A stretch of 39,585 nucleotides of DNA from a virus. Made by a program: the position numbers and the translations under genes. The stretch lies in the IMG/VR virus record IMGVR_UViG_3300009071_000004; one strand, given 5' to 3'. Positions 1 to 9,249 of this stretch are shown one piece after another (position 1 is the stretch's first letter; each line of letters opens with the position of its first letter). The notes beneath the pieces were generated by a model that was given only the letters and a program-made list of their open reading frames with translations, was not told where the DNA came from and searched no databases.

Positions 1-123
1 GTGGGATTCATTACGAGTTTCTTGTGGCTCCGTTGATTGCGATTGTTAAAGATTTGAAAACCCGATTGGCTGCGGTAGAGGCGGCATTATGACATCTCTG
101 ATCCGATTCCTAATCGAGCCGAA
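1..123. repeat. Terminal direct repeat, copy A. Identical to 39463..39585 and most likely a circular-assembly overlap.
   Basis: The first 123 nt (gtgggattcattacgag...aatcgagccgaa) recur exactly as the last 123 nt. The repeat covers the 3' end of the 999-aa fibre gene plus 31 nt downstream. Confidence 0.95.
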
Positions 124-169
124 GTTGATACGCTAGAGTAATCAGGAAACTAACTTTTAAGGATTTGTC

Positions 170-331
170 ATGATTGAAGTAACCGCAGACGAAGTAGTCC
201 AAGCATTCAAGGAACGTTACCCAACAGAGTTTGAGTTGTGTGTGCTGCTCGTACAGAACATCAAGATGCAGCAACAGTTGGCTGTTGATCCCGACACCGA
301 GGATGTAGAAGCCGAAGATACCGCTATTTAG
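170..331 (+). CDS. Hypothetical acidic 53-aa protein (MIEVTADEVVQAFKERYPTEFELC...). Not in the ORF track because it is under 60 aa.
   Basis: An ATG at 170 is preceded by taaggatttgtc (AAGGA SD). The frame is open to the TAG at 329-331. It is the first gene after the fibre gene across the circular junction. Confidence 0.5.
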   Translation: MIEVTADEVVQAFKERYPTEFELCVLLVQNIKMQQQLAVDPDTEDVEAEDTAI

Positions 332-370
332 GCGGTAGAACGCCGTCCACCTCCATATAGGAGGCTAGTT

Positions 371-802
371 ATGTCTGTGTCTGATTTCTTTGCTGCCGAG
401 AAGCCTGCGTTTGATCGCCAGCGCGACATCGCCGATTACGGCTATCAGAATGCTTTGGTCCGTAACTCTGCTCAACGGCAGTCGTTGAACGTCGAGCGCC
501 TCGATGCGACTCGACGTTTGGGTAAGCAGTTGACTGCGCGTCGGCAGCAGATCCCTGGGCAGTTCACGGGTCGTGGGTTGCTGAAGAGCGGCATTTATGG
601 CAAGGCGTTGGGCGATTTTGAGACTGCTCGTTTGCAGGCTGAGTCTGGTTTGGCTCGCGGGTTTCAGAAGCGGGGCATGGATTTGTCTCAGCAGCTTTCT
701 TCGGCTGAGATGAATCGTTTGATTCAGTTGGCTGATGTTGATTTGAATGAGGCTCAGCGTCGTACTGCGATTGCGGGCATGTTGCAGGGGGCTACGAGCT
801 GA
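371..802 (+). CDS. Putative internal virion or ejection protein, 143 aa, helical and Q/R/L-rich.
   Basis: A strong SD (ataggaggctagtt) precedes the ATG. The stop overlaps the next start (TGATG). Position is analogous to podovirus core proteins. No motif recognised. Confidence 0.6.
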   Translation: MSVSDFFAAEKPAFDRQRDIADYGYQNALVRNSAQRQSLNVERLDATRRLGKQLTARRQQIPGQFTGRGLLKSGIYGKALGDFETARLQAESGLARGFQKRGMDLSQQLSSAEMNRLIQLADVDLNEAQRRTAIAGMLQGATS

Positions 803-2169
803 TGGCGCTTGGACCATATGAGTGGGACAAAGAAAACGAAACACTTGCTGAATGGCAGGAGCGAATCGCAGATGCGTCTGCGCCAACGTCGAAGAACGGC
901 GTGCCGATACCAACCATTGAAGAATATAACCAGATGGGGCCAGATGATCTAGCGGGACTTCGGGCCGCTGGGATCACGTTGACGGATATTACGGTCGGGC
1001 CTGGTTCTCCAGAGCAAAACGGTCAGACTTTGATCAACTATGCAATGACTGGCGAAACTCCTGTTTCGTCTTACGGATCTCCAGAGGCGGGTGTAATCGC
1101 AGCCAGAGCTAAGGCCGCTTTTGCCGCTGCAGATCCATCCTCGGCGCACCCTTATGCATCGCAACGCGTACCAGGCGGACTCGGCGCCGATATTAGGGCG
1201 GCAGAAGCCGAGTACGAGCGTGCAGCGAACATGGCGCACTTCGACCAGTATTACAAGCAGGGCACCAAGGGTGGCACGGGTGTAGACACAGCTAAATTGG
1301 CGATGCAGCAGGCCGCTATCGAGGACACTCTTGCTTGGTCGATGGAACACATCGCTTCACAGTTCAAGTTGATGACTGAGGAGATGGAAAGGCAGAAGGA
1401 ACAGGGCAAGCAGGAGATGGATTCTGCCCGTCTGGATGCTCTTGATTCGTTGACGAAGATGTCTGCCGATTTGGAGTCGACTTCAAATCGCACTAATGCG
1501 ATGATGGCTAGTGCTGCTATGCGTACTGGCGGCGATATTGGTGCTGCTACGGAGGGTGCGTTGCGTCGTTTGGGTTCGACTTCTGATGTGATTTCTGATG
1601 GGGCGCGTCGTGCCATTGAGGAGGAGGGCCAGTCTGAGGTTGGTTTGGCTGCGTCTGAGGCTCAGATTCAGTCTGATTTGTCTGCCCGTTTGGCGCAGAT
1701 CACTGAGGGCCAGTTGGGTCGTTCTAGGGGGTCTGCTGAGCAGATCGCTCAGGGCGGCAAGACGGCTATGTCGGCGAGTATGGCTGCGCTGTTGGCGCAG
1801 CGGCAGGCTGATCGTTCTGGCACGGAGTTTGAGGTGAGCGAGAATGCCCGTCAGGCTGCTTTGGAGTTGGCGTTGAATCCGCCGACTCGTTCTTGGGGTG
1901 GTACTGCTGGTGGTCGGTTTGCTGGGATGGATTTGGAAAGGTCCATGTTGCAGGAGTTGGGTTACGGCGAGGCTGAGATTGCTGCGTTGTTGTCGAGCGG
2001 CCAGTATGCCGCTGTGATGGAGGATTACTTCAACGTTGGCGGCGGGTCAGACTTGTCGCCTACTAGTCAACTGTTGTTCGACACACAGACGCCTGAGGAG
2101 CTTGCTGCGATCGGAACGGACCCTGAGCATAAGTTCCAAGAAGATGCCGCTGCAGCGCTGATCCGATGA
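802..2169 (+). CDS. Putative internal virion or ejection protein, 455 aa, Ala-rich with coiled-coil character.
   Basis: Translationally coupled on both sides (TGATG upstream, ATGA downstream). Long helical A/E/Q/R-rich segments. It lies directly upstream of the giant ORF. Confidence 0.6.
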   Translation: MALGPYEWDKENETLAEWQERIADASAPTSKNGVPIPTIEEYNQMGPDDLAGLRAAGITLTDITVGPGSPEQNGQTLINYAMTGETPVSSYGSPEAGVIAARAKAAFAAADPSSAHPYASQRVPGGLGADIRAAEAEYERAANMAHFDQYYKQGTKGGTGVDTAKLAMQQAAIEDTLAWSMEHIASQFKLMTEEMERQKEQGKQEMDSARLDALDSLTKMSADLESTSNRTNAMMASAAMRTGGDIGAATEGALRRLGSTSDVISDGARRAIEEEGQSEVGLAASEAQIQSDLSARLAQITEGQLGRSRGSAEQIAQGGKTAMSASMAALLAQRQADRSGTEFEVSENARQAALELALNPPTRSWGGTAGGRFAGMDLERSMLQELGYGEAEIAALLSSGQYAAVMEDYFNVGGGSDLSPTSQLLFDTQTPEELAAIGTDPEHKFQEDAAAALIR

Positions 2170-5100
2170 GTGAAGCTTTTGATCAGGCCATTGCTGATAT
2201 AGCGGCAAAGCACAACATGTCGGCGACTGCTGTTACGCGCATTGCCAGCCGTAATCCAGCGTTTGCGAGCTTTGATCCTGATAATCCTGCGGCGTGGAAG
2301 CCTACGGACACCATTACTGACAATGTTGGTATGGGTGGCGGTTCTTTGCCGTCGACGGGCCTGCGCCCTTCGTTGTCTGGGCGGGAGCCTGGGGTCAGTG
2401 TTCTTTCTGATGAGTTGTTGGCGACGTTGCGTGAAGGGTTCTTGAAGGCGGGCGAGTCGAAAGATTTCTCGCTTGGTGGCAGCCTGTTAGACGTTGGCAC
2501 AAGGATGTTAGATATCGCGTCGATGGGGATGCGGAGCAACATTTCGCTCCTCAAAGAGGTCGGCGACTTGTTTGACGATGAAGAATCGTTTTCGCTGGGC
2601 GATTGGAAACGTCAAGCCTTCGATGAGAAAATCACGTTTGGTGACGTTCTCGACGAGTGGGCACCTGGCTTGGGTGAGATCGAAATGTTCGGCTACAAGC
2701 CGCTGGACAATATCGCTGGGTTTGTTGGCGATGTCGTGTTGGATCCGTTTACTTGGTTGACGTTGGGCACTTTGCCGTTAGCTCGCCAGGGCACTATGGG
2801 TGTCGTCAGGTTGGGTTTGAAGACAGGCGGCGGAGCGACTGACGACATTGCTCGGCAGATCTTTGGCCACGGGATCCGTGCAGCTAAAGCCGATGATCTT
2901 GCCCGTTTGACTAAAGCAGGCCAGAGTGCTGGTTTGTTGGGTGCTGACGACATCATCAAGGGCGGACTTCAGTTCAGGATCCCTTTCGGGAAGACTTTGA
3001 GTCGGCTCAGTAGCAGCCCGACCAAAGCCAAATATGTGCAGGTCTTGGGGCAGGACAACCCGCTGCTCAAGGTGCTTCCTCGTACGTGGGCGAACGCGGG
3101 GTTCCAGAAGATTCGTCGTTCGAAGTTTGGTGGCCTGTTCGGCGGCGACATGCAAACTTGGAAGAAGATCGTTCGGGATCCGACTTCGTCGATCACCGAT
3201 TGGAAAGCTGCGTTCCTAAGCATCGATGCGAACAACTTGGGCAAGGGCATCGGGAAGCAGCTCAACAACCAGTTAGAGAATGTTGCACAGTCGATTGCTC
3301 GGCGTCTTGTAGACGCAAACATCAACGGCAAGGACGCTTATAACGCTATGGGTTCTGACGTTCTCCCTGCAGGGATGGACGCTGGCTTGTGGCGAGAGTT
3401 GAAAGACTTTGGTGACATGGTTCGCGATGAGGCGAACAATGCTGTCACTGTCAACAAGATGCCTGACGCTAATGGCAATGTTGTTGTTGAGGATTGGATT
3501 AAGTACCGCGAGAATTGGCAGCCTGCAGTGCCATCCAAGGAGGTTGCTGAGGGAATTAGTGAATGGGCGCGGCAGGCTCGTCGCGGTTTGGCTGCGGACA
3601 ACACGAAGCTACAAAGCTTCGAAATGAAAGCCAAAATTGTTGCTGGCAATGACTTTATGGGCGTCCCTTTGGTCGATGCTTCTGCACACCCGTTCAAGAA
3701 AACTCCTCGTGAGCAGGCTCTTGAAATTATGGAGTCTGCGGAACAGGAGTGGGGCGGCGACATCGTTAAGTGGTTCTCGGACGACTGGTTTGAGGCTATG
3801 CCTCAACACATTTCGATGCTTTCTCGACGGGTTCAGGGCAAGTTTGCTGAGAACTATCTGATCGCTAATGGTATAGCGATCACTCGGGAGGTTGCTGATG
3901 ACAAAGCCCATTTGGCGTTGGCGACGTTCCGAAAGAAGCAGGTTCAGGTTTATAAGTGGGAACGGCATGTAGCTGATGCTGAGGCGACGCACAATCATGC
4001 TGTCGCTCAAGCTGCTGATTCCACTGCTGAACAGGTGCAGGCGGCGTTGGATGTGGCGCAGGCTAGGCGTGCCCGTTCGCAGCGTTGGGGTGTCGATCTG
4101 GATCCTCCTACTAATGGCCAGGTGTGGCGGGATGCTGGTGACGATCTGAACGCTGTTGCTGATGATTCTCGTGCAGCGTTGGACAGGTTGAATGCGGGGC
4201 ATGCTGGCGCTGTTGAAGAGCTTGAGGGTGCTGCTACGGCTAGTTTGAAGGCAGCGAATGACGCTGACATGTCGTATCACCGCATTCAGCAGGGGCTGAA
4301 TGATTTAGCTGAGACTCGTCGGGCGTTGTGGGCTGAGGGCACGGATCTCGCTAGGGCTTATGACGACAACTTTGAGGGTGCGGCTCAGGTTCTTGAACGT
4401 CTTAGCGAGTTGGATACGGAGATCCGTCAGATAGACGATGTGATATCACAGGCTCGCGCTGATTACATTTTGTCGTTGGGTGACCCTGAGGCTCCGATGG
4501 AGCTGATTAAGAAAGCTAATGCTGTTGTCGAGGGCGGCACGGCGATGTCGGCTGTCGCTAAACGGGCGATGCAGTTGACAGAGGCCATTTATCGTTCCGA
4601 TAGCTCATTTGATCGGGAAGTAGTTGCAGCGTTGAATGCTGAGCTGTCTCCTTTGCTGAAGCAGTTGGGTATGCCTAGCGGGAACGTGTCATCGTTTGGT
4701 TCGCCTGCGTTGGATCTCCACAACAAGATCAAGGGTTTGAAGACGAATATCGATGCGACTGTAGTCGCACATAGCCGAATATCTGGCACCGTTAGGGACA
4801 CGTTGGAGTGGACCCCTGAGCGGGTGCATTTCCGTGAGGCTGAAAAGCTCCGTAACGAGCTGACGGATGAACTTAACGAACTTGTCGAGTTGTTGGATGA
4901 CGAACTTGCGCCTGAGTTGTTGGCTGAGATCGAGTTGGGGATCAGGCAGCTTGGTGTTTCGGCCAAGGGCTATTTGACGTATGGCGGCGATCAGGTCGTC
5001 TGGTATCACGGGGTGAATTCGAAGTTTGATTCGATGGATTTGGGTACTCAGGTTGCTGCGGGTGACCGTGTTACTCTTGAGCTGGATTCGTTCTTGGGTG

Positions 5101-8100
5101 TTCATTCGGCTCAGAACGTCGAGTATGCGTCTTTGTATGCAGGCGAGTTTGGTGAGGCCGCTCAGGGATCCGACAGTTTGTTGGGGTTCCTAGTTCGGGC
5201 TGATAACCCTGCCGTTTATGGCGGCACCATTGCCGACATAAGTACGGCGAACAAGCTGCCTGATCCAGCAGATTGGTCGCATCGAACACGCGGTGCTGGT
5301 TTGGCTTTGATTCATTCCGACATGTTGGATTCGGGGTTTAAGAACGGCCATTACGGTTTGGAAGATTTGGAAGCCGCTGGGATCCCGCACGCTAAAGAGA
5401 TCTGGCTTTTGATGCAGGGCCGCGACGTTAACCGCAAGGTGATTTCTCGGCCTTTGTCGTATACGGAAGCTGCGATCAAGTTCGCTGATCAGAGTTCGTT
5501 GGATTCGACGACGAGAATCGTTGATGAATTGATGGATTCCCAGTTTACGAACAACTTCATGCGGACGGCGTTGAGTAACTCTGTCGATGGCGAACCCTGG
5601 GATTCTCCTGCTCTTCGGCGTCGCTTTGTTGACACGTTGCGTGGCATGGAGCAGCAGGGCGATCAGGCTATTTCCAAGTTCAAAGCCGCTCAGGCAGGTG
5701 GTCAACACTCGGGCAAACATGAGGATGAGTACATCGAGTTAATTGCGGCTTTGGAGGGTGGGTTGTCTAATCGGGTCAAGTTTGATCCAACGAAGCAGAT
5801 CGTTCCTCCTGTTGATGCGAAGCTCGGCACCTATCAGGGGATCCCGAAGGCTGATGATGCCCGTGAGTGGCCTCCTCCGAACATGTCGGTGTCGGATGCC
5901 GTCTTGGCGAATGCTGGCGGTTTCTTTGATGACTTCATTTATCCGCTGACAAATAACTCTCACTGGGCTGCGAGCGGGAGATCCATAAGTGATGTTGATG
6001 AGATCTTGCAGTCGGTTGCCCGCGACTTTAAGCAGGAGTTGAAGGGCCGCGGTCACGATTCGATCCTGTACCCGATCCGTCAGGATAAGGGTTCGTGGGG
6101 AGTTATCACTTTCGATCATGCCCAGTTGGAGATTCCGCCGCGGCTGCCTGGGACCAGCGAGTCGGGGTTCAACCGTGCGAAGCTTGGGGGTGATTTCACC
6201 GACGGGATGCAGGAAGGTGTCGCTCTCAGACAGGCGATTGAGCAGCCGCAACCCAGGGTCGTGTTGGAAGACCTTGAAGATGCTTCTGAATCATTCACGG
6301 CACCCACAAAGACAACGTCGGGGGCGGGAGATCCTGAACTCCATAGAGCTGTCGACAAGCTCGATCAAGATCTCCAAGATCTGGCCCCTTATGCCGAGAT
6401 GTCGTCGTTGAATACAGATGGCTGGGGTCGGACCGTAAGCCGTTATAGGCATTTGTTGACTGAGCAATCTGACTTGTGGGGCGAGTTGGCAAACCCTGTG
6501 GGGCGAAGGACTAAGGTCACTGGTGGCCTACGGGGCGGAGAAGTCACGTCCATATTGCCGAGGATGAACGCTATGCGTGGGCGTGCTGGTCAGCTACTCG
6601 GCCAGATGCGTAAGCAGTACAGGCGGTCTTTGAACGACCTTGGTGTCAACGACATCGATGATTTGATCGATCTGCAAGAAGTGGTCGAAGAGATCGACCT
6701 CGATCTGGTTTCGTCTTTGAAGAGCATGATCGATGGTCAGGAGAAGTTCCTTTCAGAAACGATGGAGGCTACTCAGAAGCTGCGGCGTGCTGTAGACGCC
6801 GCTAACGAGTTGGGCGCTGGGAAGGTTTATGCAACGACTTCGTCGGGGTTTGTGAAGACCGTTGATGATGCTCGTGCGTTGATGCGTACGAAGCGTATGG
6901 AGTTGATGCAGGAAAAGTTTGATGAGGCTGAGGCTTTGGGCGATGTTGGTCGCGACATGCATGGCGCTGCTGATCAGGCGAAGCGGCAGGCTGACAAGAA
7001 CCGCAAGATTGTTCGTGATCGTCGACGCAAGATTCGAAATTTGGAAGATGCCCACGATGAGGCTTCTATCAAGTTGGAGCAGGAAGAGCTTCGGCTTCGG
7101 GGCGAAGCCGATGACGCTTACAGGACTGCTGACAGGCTGGAACGTGAGCACTACGACAACGTGCAGAAGCAGTTTGGTGTCTTGCATCAGGGTGTGGTGA
7201 CTGCTGAGGCTAACGAGAAGCTGCTAGCTGCGGAGTCGTTGCGGCTACAGGCGCAGGCGAAGCAGGCTGAGGCGGATCTGATTTTCCGTCAGGGGTATCG
7301 GGACATTTTGGCTGACGAGTTTTCGTCGTTGTCGATGCCGACTCGGTTGACGATGTTGAGTAAGGCGATGGATGGTTGGGTGAACTTTGGTTCGACTCAC
7401 CAGTTGCCTGAGGATATTGCTCGGGGGTTCTCGGAGTTGGGGCAGACGATGGGGCCACGTAACGGCCCGTCGTTCTTGTTGCGTTCTGTTGACAAAGTCA
7501 ACGACTTGTTTAAGGCGTGGGCTATTGCGTCGCCTGGTTTCCATTCTCGGAACTTCATGGGTGGCACGTTCAACAATGCGTTGGCTGGCGTGTCTGTTTC
7601 CTCATATAAGCGGTTCCATAGCATGTACACGCCTGTTCGTCGGGTGATGGATGCGGGCGGCACGGTCGATGAGCAGGTCATGGCGTTGCGTAGTAGTAAA
7701 CGTGGTTTGAAACTGAAGGAGACTCCTAAGGGCACGAAGCTGCTTAATGACATGGAGTTGATGGTTCGGATGGGTGTCTTGACTGGCGGTCAGACAACGG
7801 AGCTGGGTCGAATTGTGAAGGGTGCCCGTCAGGGTGGCGCTTTGAATCCGTTCAACCCGAACAACCTTGTGGCTGGTGGGTTGCGGAAGCCGACGATGCA
7901 CGTTGAGAACTATTTGCGTGGGGCGTTGGCGTTGGACAGGTTGACCACTGGGGCGACGATTGAGCAAGCCGTGGCTGACGTGTTCAAATATCATTTCGAT
8001 TACGACAATTTGTCTGCGTTTGAGCGTGGTGTGATGCGTCGGGTGTTCCCGTTCTATACGTGGACGCGCAACAATCTGCCGTTGCAGTTGGAGATGATGG

Positions 8101-8708
8101 CTACGAACCCGAAGATCTACAATCGTGCTGGGTCTTTGAAAGCTGAGATTGAGCAAGACACGGAGGGTGAGGCGAACACGCCGAAGTGGATTGCGGAGCG
8201 GTTCAATATCCAGTTGCCGTGGACACGCAACGGGAACTCGATATTCCTCGTTCCCGATCTGCCGTTCACCGATGTCGACGAGTCGTTTAACTTGCGGCGG
8301 GTTGCTGCTCAGACTTCGCCGTTGATCAAGGTGCCTTTGGAGATGTTGGGCAAACGTGACTTGTTCTTCGATGCCGAGTATCGGGGCCGTCAGGAGCCGT
8401 TGCCTAGTGCTTGGAAGGTCATTTTGGCTCCTGCTATTCCTGCGTTGTATGCGGCGGGGATGATCGAGCATGACGAGGACGGGGTGATGACTGCCACGAA
8501 GGAACACATGCGGTGGTTTGAATCGTTTATGCCTGTGATGGCTACCACTAGGCGTTTGTTCCGCACGGAGGGCGACCCGAAGTCGGGGGAGCGTTGGCTT
8601 CAGAACATTGTGAACTGGACTTCTGGTGCGGGTATTCGGGAGACTCTCCCGAGGGATGTCGAGTTTGAGAAGTTCCGTCGCAACAACCCGTCGTTCTTCG
8701 AAAACTAG
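2166..8708 (+). CDS. Giant 2180-aa virion-associated multidomain protein, a candidate ejection or polyvalent protein.
   Basis: An uninterrupted 6.5 kb ORF, about one-sixth of the genome, with an ATGA overlap to the upstream gene. It has coiled-coil blocks (roughly aa 560-930 and 1500-1700). Two sequence islands (VVWYHGVNSKFDSMDLG...GVHSAQNVEYASLYAG and GRGHDSILYPIRQDKGSWGVITFDHAQLEI) resemble domains I recall from phage polyvalent proteins. The C-terminal ~430 aa are a distinct non-repetitive domain (PFYTWTRNNLPLQLE). Confidence 0.85.
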   Translation: MSEAFDQAIADIAAKHNMSATAVTRIASRNPAFASFDPDNPAAWKPTDTITDNVGMGGGSLPSTGLRPSLSGREPGVSVLSDELLATLREGFLKAGESKDFSLGGSLLDVGTRMLDIASMGMRSNISLLKEVGDLFDDEESFSLGDWKRQAFDEKITFGDVLDEWAPGLGEIEMFGYKPLDNIAGFVGDVVLDPFTWLTLGTLPLARQGTMGVVRLGLKTGGGATDDIARQIFGHGIRAAKADDLARLTKAGQSAGLLGADDIIKGGLQFRIPFGKTLSRLSSSPTKAKYVQVLGQDNPLLKVLPRTWANAGFQKIRRSKFGGLFGGDMQTWKKIVRDPTSSITDWKAAFLSIDANNLGKGIGKQLNNQLENVAQSIARRLVDANINGKDAYNAMGSDVLPAGMDAGLWRELKDFGDMVRDEANNAVTVNKMPDANGNVVVEDWIKYRENWQPAVPSKEVAEGISEWARQARRGLAADNTKLQSFEMKAKIVAGNDFMGVPLVDASAHPFKKTPREQALEIMESAEQEWGGDIVKWFSDDWFEAMPQHISMLSRRVQGKFAENYLIANGIAITREVADDKAHLALATFRKKQVQVYKWERHVADAEATHNHAVAQAADSTAEQVQAALDVAQARRARSQRWGVDLDPPTNGQVWRDAGDDLNAVADDSRAALDRLNAGHAGAVEELEGAATASLKAANDADMSYHRIQQGLNDLAETRRALWAEGTDLARAYDDNFEGAAQVLERLSELDTEIRQIDDVISQARADYILSLGDPEAPMELIKKANAVVEGGTAMSAVAKRAMQLTEAIYRSDSSFDREVVAALNAELSPLLKQLGMPSGNVSSFGSPALDLHNKIKGLKTNIDATVVAHSRISGTVRDTLEWTPERVHFREAEKLRNELTDELNELVELLDDELAPELLAEIELGIRQLGVSAKGYLTYGGDQVVWYHGVNSKFDSMDLGTQVAAGDRVTLELDSFLGVHSAQNVEYASLYAGEFGEAAQGSDSLLGFLVRADNPAVYGGTIADISTANKLPDPADWSHRTRGAGLALIHSDMLDSGFKNGHYGLEDLEAAGIPHAKEIWLLMQGRDVNRKVISRPLSYTEAAIKFADQSSLDSTTRIVDELMDSQFTNNFMRTALSNSVDGEPWDSPALRRRFVDTLRGMEQQGDQAISKFKAAQAGGQHSGKHEDEYIELIAALEGGLSNRVKFDPTKQIVPPVDAKLGTYQGIPKADDAREWPPPNMSVSDAVLANAGGFFDDFIYPLTNNSHWAASGRSISDVDEILQSVARDFKQELKGRGHDSILYPIRQDKGSWGVITFDHAQLEIPPRLPGTSESGFNRAKLGGDFTDGMQEGVALRQAIEQPQPRVVLEDLEDASESFTAPTKTTSGAGDPELHRAVDKLDQDLQDLAPYAEMSSLNTDGWGRTVSRYRHLLTEQSDLWGELANPVGRRTKVTGGLRGGEVTSILPRMNAMRGRAGQLLGQMRKQYRRSLNDLGVNDIDDLIDLQEVVEEIDLDLVSSLKSMIDGQEKFLSETMEATQKLRRAVDAANELGAGKVYATTSSGFVKTVDDARALMRTKRMELMQEKFDEAEALGDVGRDMHGAADQAKRQADKNRKIVRDRRRKIRNLEDAHDEASIKLEQEELRLRGEADDAYRTADRLEREHYDNVQKQFGVLHQGVVTAEANEKLLAAESLRLQAQAKQAEADLIFRQGYRDILADEFSSLSMPTRLTMLSKAMDGWVNFGSTHQLPEDIARGFSELGQTMGPRNGPSFLLRSVDKVNDLFKAWAIASPGFHSRNFMGGTFNNALAGVSVSSYKRFHSMYTPVRRVMDAGGTVDEQVMALRSSKRGLKLKETPKGTKLLNDMELMVRMGVLTGGQTTELGRIVKGARQGGALNPFNPNNLVAGGLRKPTMHVENYLRGALALDRLTTGATIEQAVADVFKYHFDYDNLSAFERGVMRRVFPFYTWTRNNLPLQLEMMATNPKIYNRAGSLKAEIEQDTEGEANTPKWIAERFNIQLPWTRNGNSIFLVPDLPFTDVDESFNLRRVAAQTSPLIKVPLEMLGKRDLFFDAEYRGRQEPLPSAWKVILAPAIPALYAAGMIEHDEDGVMTATKEHMRWFESFMPVMATTRRLFRTEGDPKSGERWLQNIVNWTSGAGIRETLPRDVEFEKFRRNNPSFFEN

Positions 8709-8727
8709 ATGCCGTCCACTATGGGGC

Positions 8728-8913
8728 ATGATGTTTCATGTTCGTAACCTGTTGGCGGCTGAGCCTGTTGCGGTTGTAGCAGCCCTACAGGCGTCGTTGG
8801 CGTTGGCTGTGCTGTTCGGTGTCGAGTTGTCGGCCGATCAGCTTGCTGGTGTGGGCGCGTGTGCTGCTGCTTGGCTAGGGCTTGTGACTCGTCGACGTGT
8901 CAGTCCCGTCTAG
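8728..8913 (+). CDS. Small hydrophobic (membrane) protein, 61 aa.
   Basis: MMFHVRNLLAAEPVAVVAALQASLALAVLFGVELSADQLAGVGACAAAWLGLV has two hydrophobic stretches. The start is chosen 20 nt after the giant ORF stop. The 3' end overlaps the convergent minus-strand gene by 39 nt. Confidence 0.4.
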   Translation: MMFHVRNLLAAEPVAVVAALQASLALAVLFGVELSADQLAGVGACAAAWLGLVTRRRVSPV

Positions 8914-9249
8914 GCAGTAGTTGAGGGTGACTAGCGCACCCATGTTCCACTGGACGGCGGCAGCGTGCAGCGTGCCTGTCTCTGAGTCTCGGGTTTCGCC
9001 TTGAGCCATCTTCATTAGGTGCCGTAGGGCGGCGTCTATGTACTCGGAGTCTGGTTTGCCTCCGAGTATCCAGTTTGGTTTGCCGTCTACGTCGGGGTAT
9101 TTCTTGCGTCCGATATGGCAGTGCCATGCGAGCGGTGACCAGTCGAACCAGCCTAGTTCTCCCAGTGGGGCTTTGTGGGCGTTGTCGCGTGCAGCGTTAC
9201 GCTGCTTCATCTTCACCGACCCATTCTTGCATTTCTGCCCAGGATTCAT
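8875..9249 (-). CDS. DUF5664 / dATP-dGTP pyrophosphohydrolase N-domain-like protein.
   Basis: The pattern KKYP...NW..GGKP.SEYIDAALRHLMKMAQGETRDSETGTLHAAAVQWNMGALV matches the DUF5664 signature as I recall it (KY..NW...YLDSALRHL...GE..EDHLAAV.WN..AL). The start is uncertain; the alternative is M14 at 9210. Confidence 0.6.
   Translation of the reverse strand: MNPGQKCKNGSVKMKQRNAARDNAHKAPLGELGWFDWSPLAWHCHIGRKKYPDVDGKPNWILGGKPDSEYIDAALRHLMKMAQGETRDSETGTLHAAAVQWNMGALVTLNYCLDGTDTSTSHKP

Noticed and set aside
1-123. The 123-nt terminal repeat as genuine T7-like direct terminal repeats.
   Set aside because: The repeat lies within the fibre coding sequence and far from the early/late boundary, and the phage has a terS/terL pair. 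An assembly overlap of a circular or permuted genome is more parsimonious. Only read-terminus data can settle this.
124-169. A possible rightward promoter near the junction (TTGATA ... TAGAGT).
   Set aside because: The hexamers cannot be placed 16-19 nt apart with both resembling consensus. Read-through from the fibre gene is the likely source of transcription.
2166-8708. The giant ORF as a tape measure protein, or as a virion RNA polymerase.
   Set aside because: A tape measure is unlikely because there is no major tail protein, no chaperone frameshift pair and no siphovirus-type connector set.

An RNA polymerase cannot be claimed either. I found no DxDGD-type metal motif; the closest strings are HFDYDN and TDVDES. 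I also found no convincing T7-like A/B/C motifs; GHDS and RKVISRPLSY are weak partial look-alikes. The question remains open for profile and structure searches.
2183-8729. Many long antisense or out-of-frame ORFs inside the giant gene, for example 7602..8729 (375 aa), 3609..4280, 5190..5720 and 5739..6251 on the minus strand.
   Set aside because: These are typical shadow ORFs of GC-rich coding DNA. Their translations are Arg/Pro/Ser/His-rich and low in complexity, they lack SDs, and they lie fully within a gene that has a coherent composition. The same applies to most alternative-frame ORFs in the track, such as 14008..14733, 14755..15534, 15650..16324, 16261..16770, 23577..24230, 33134..33877, 36665..37228 and 37280..38179.
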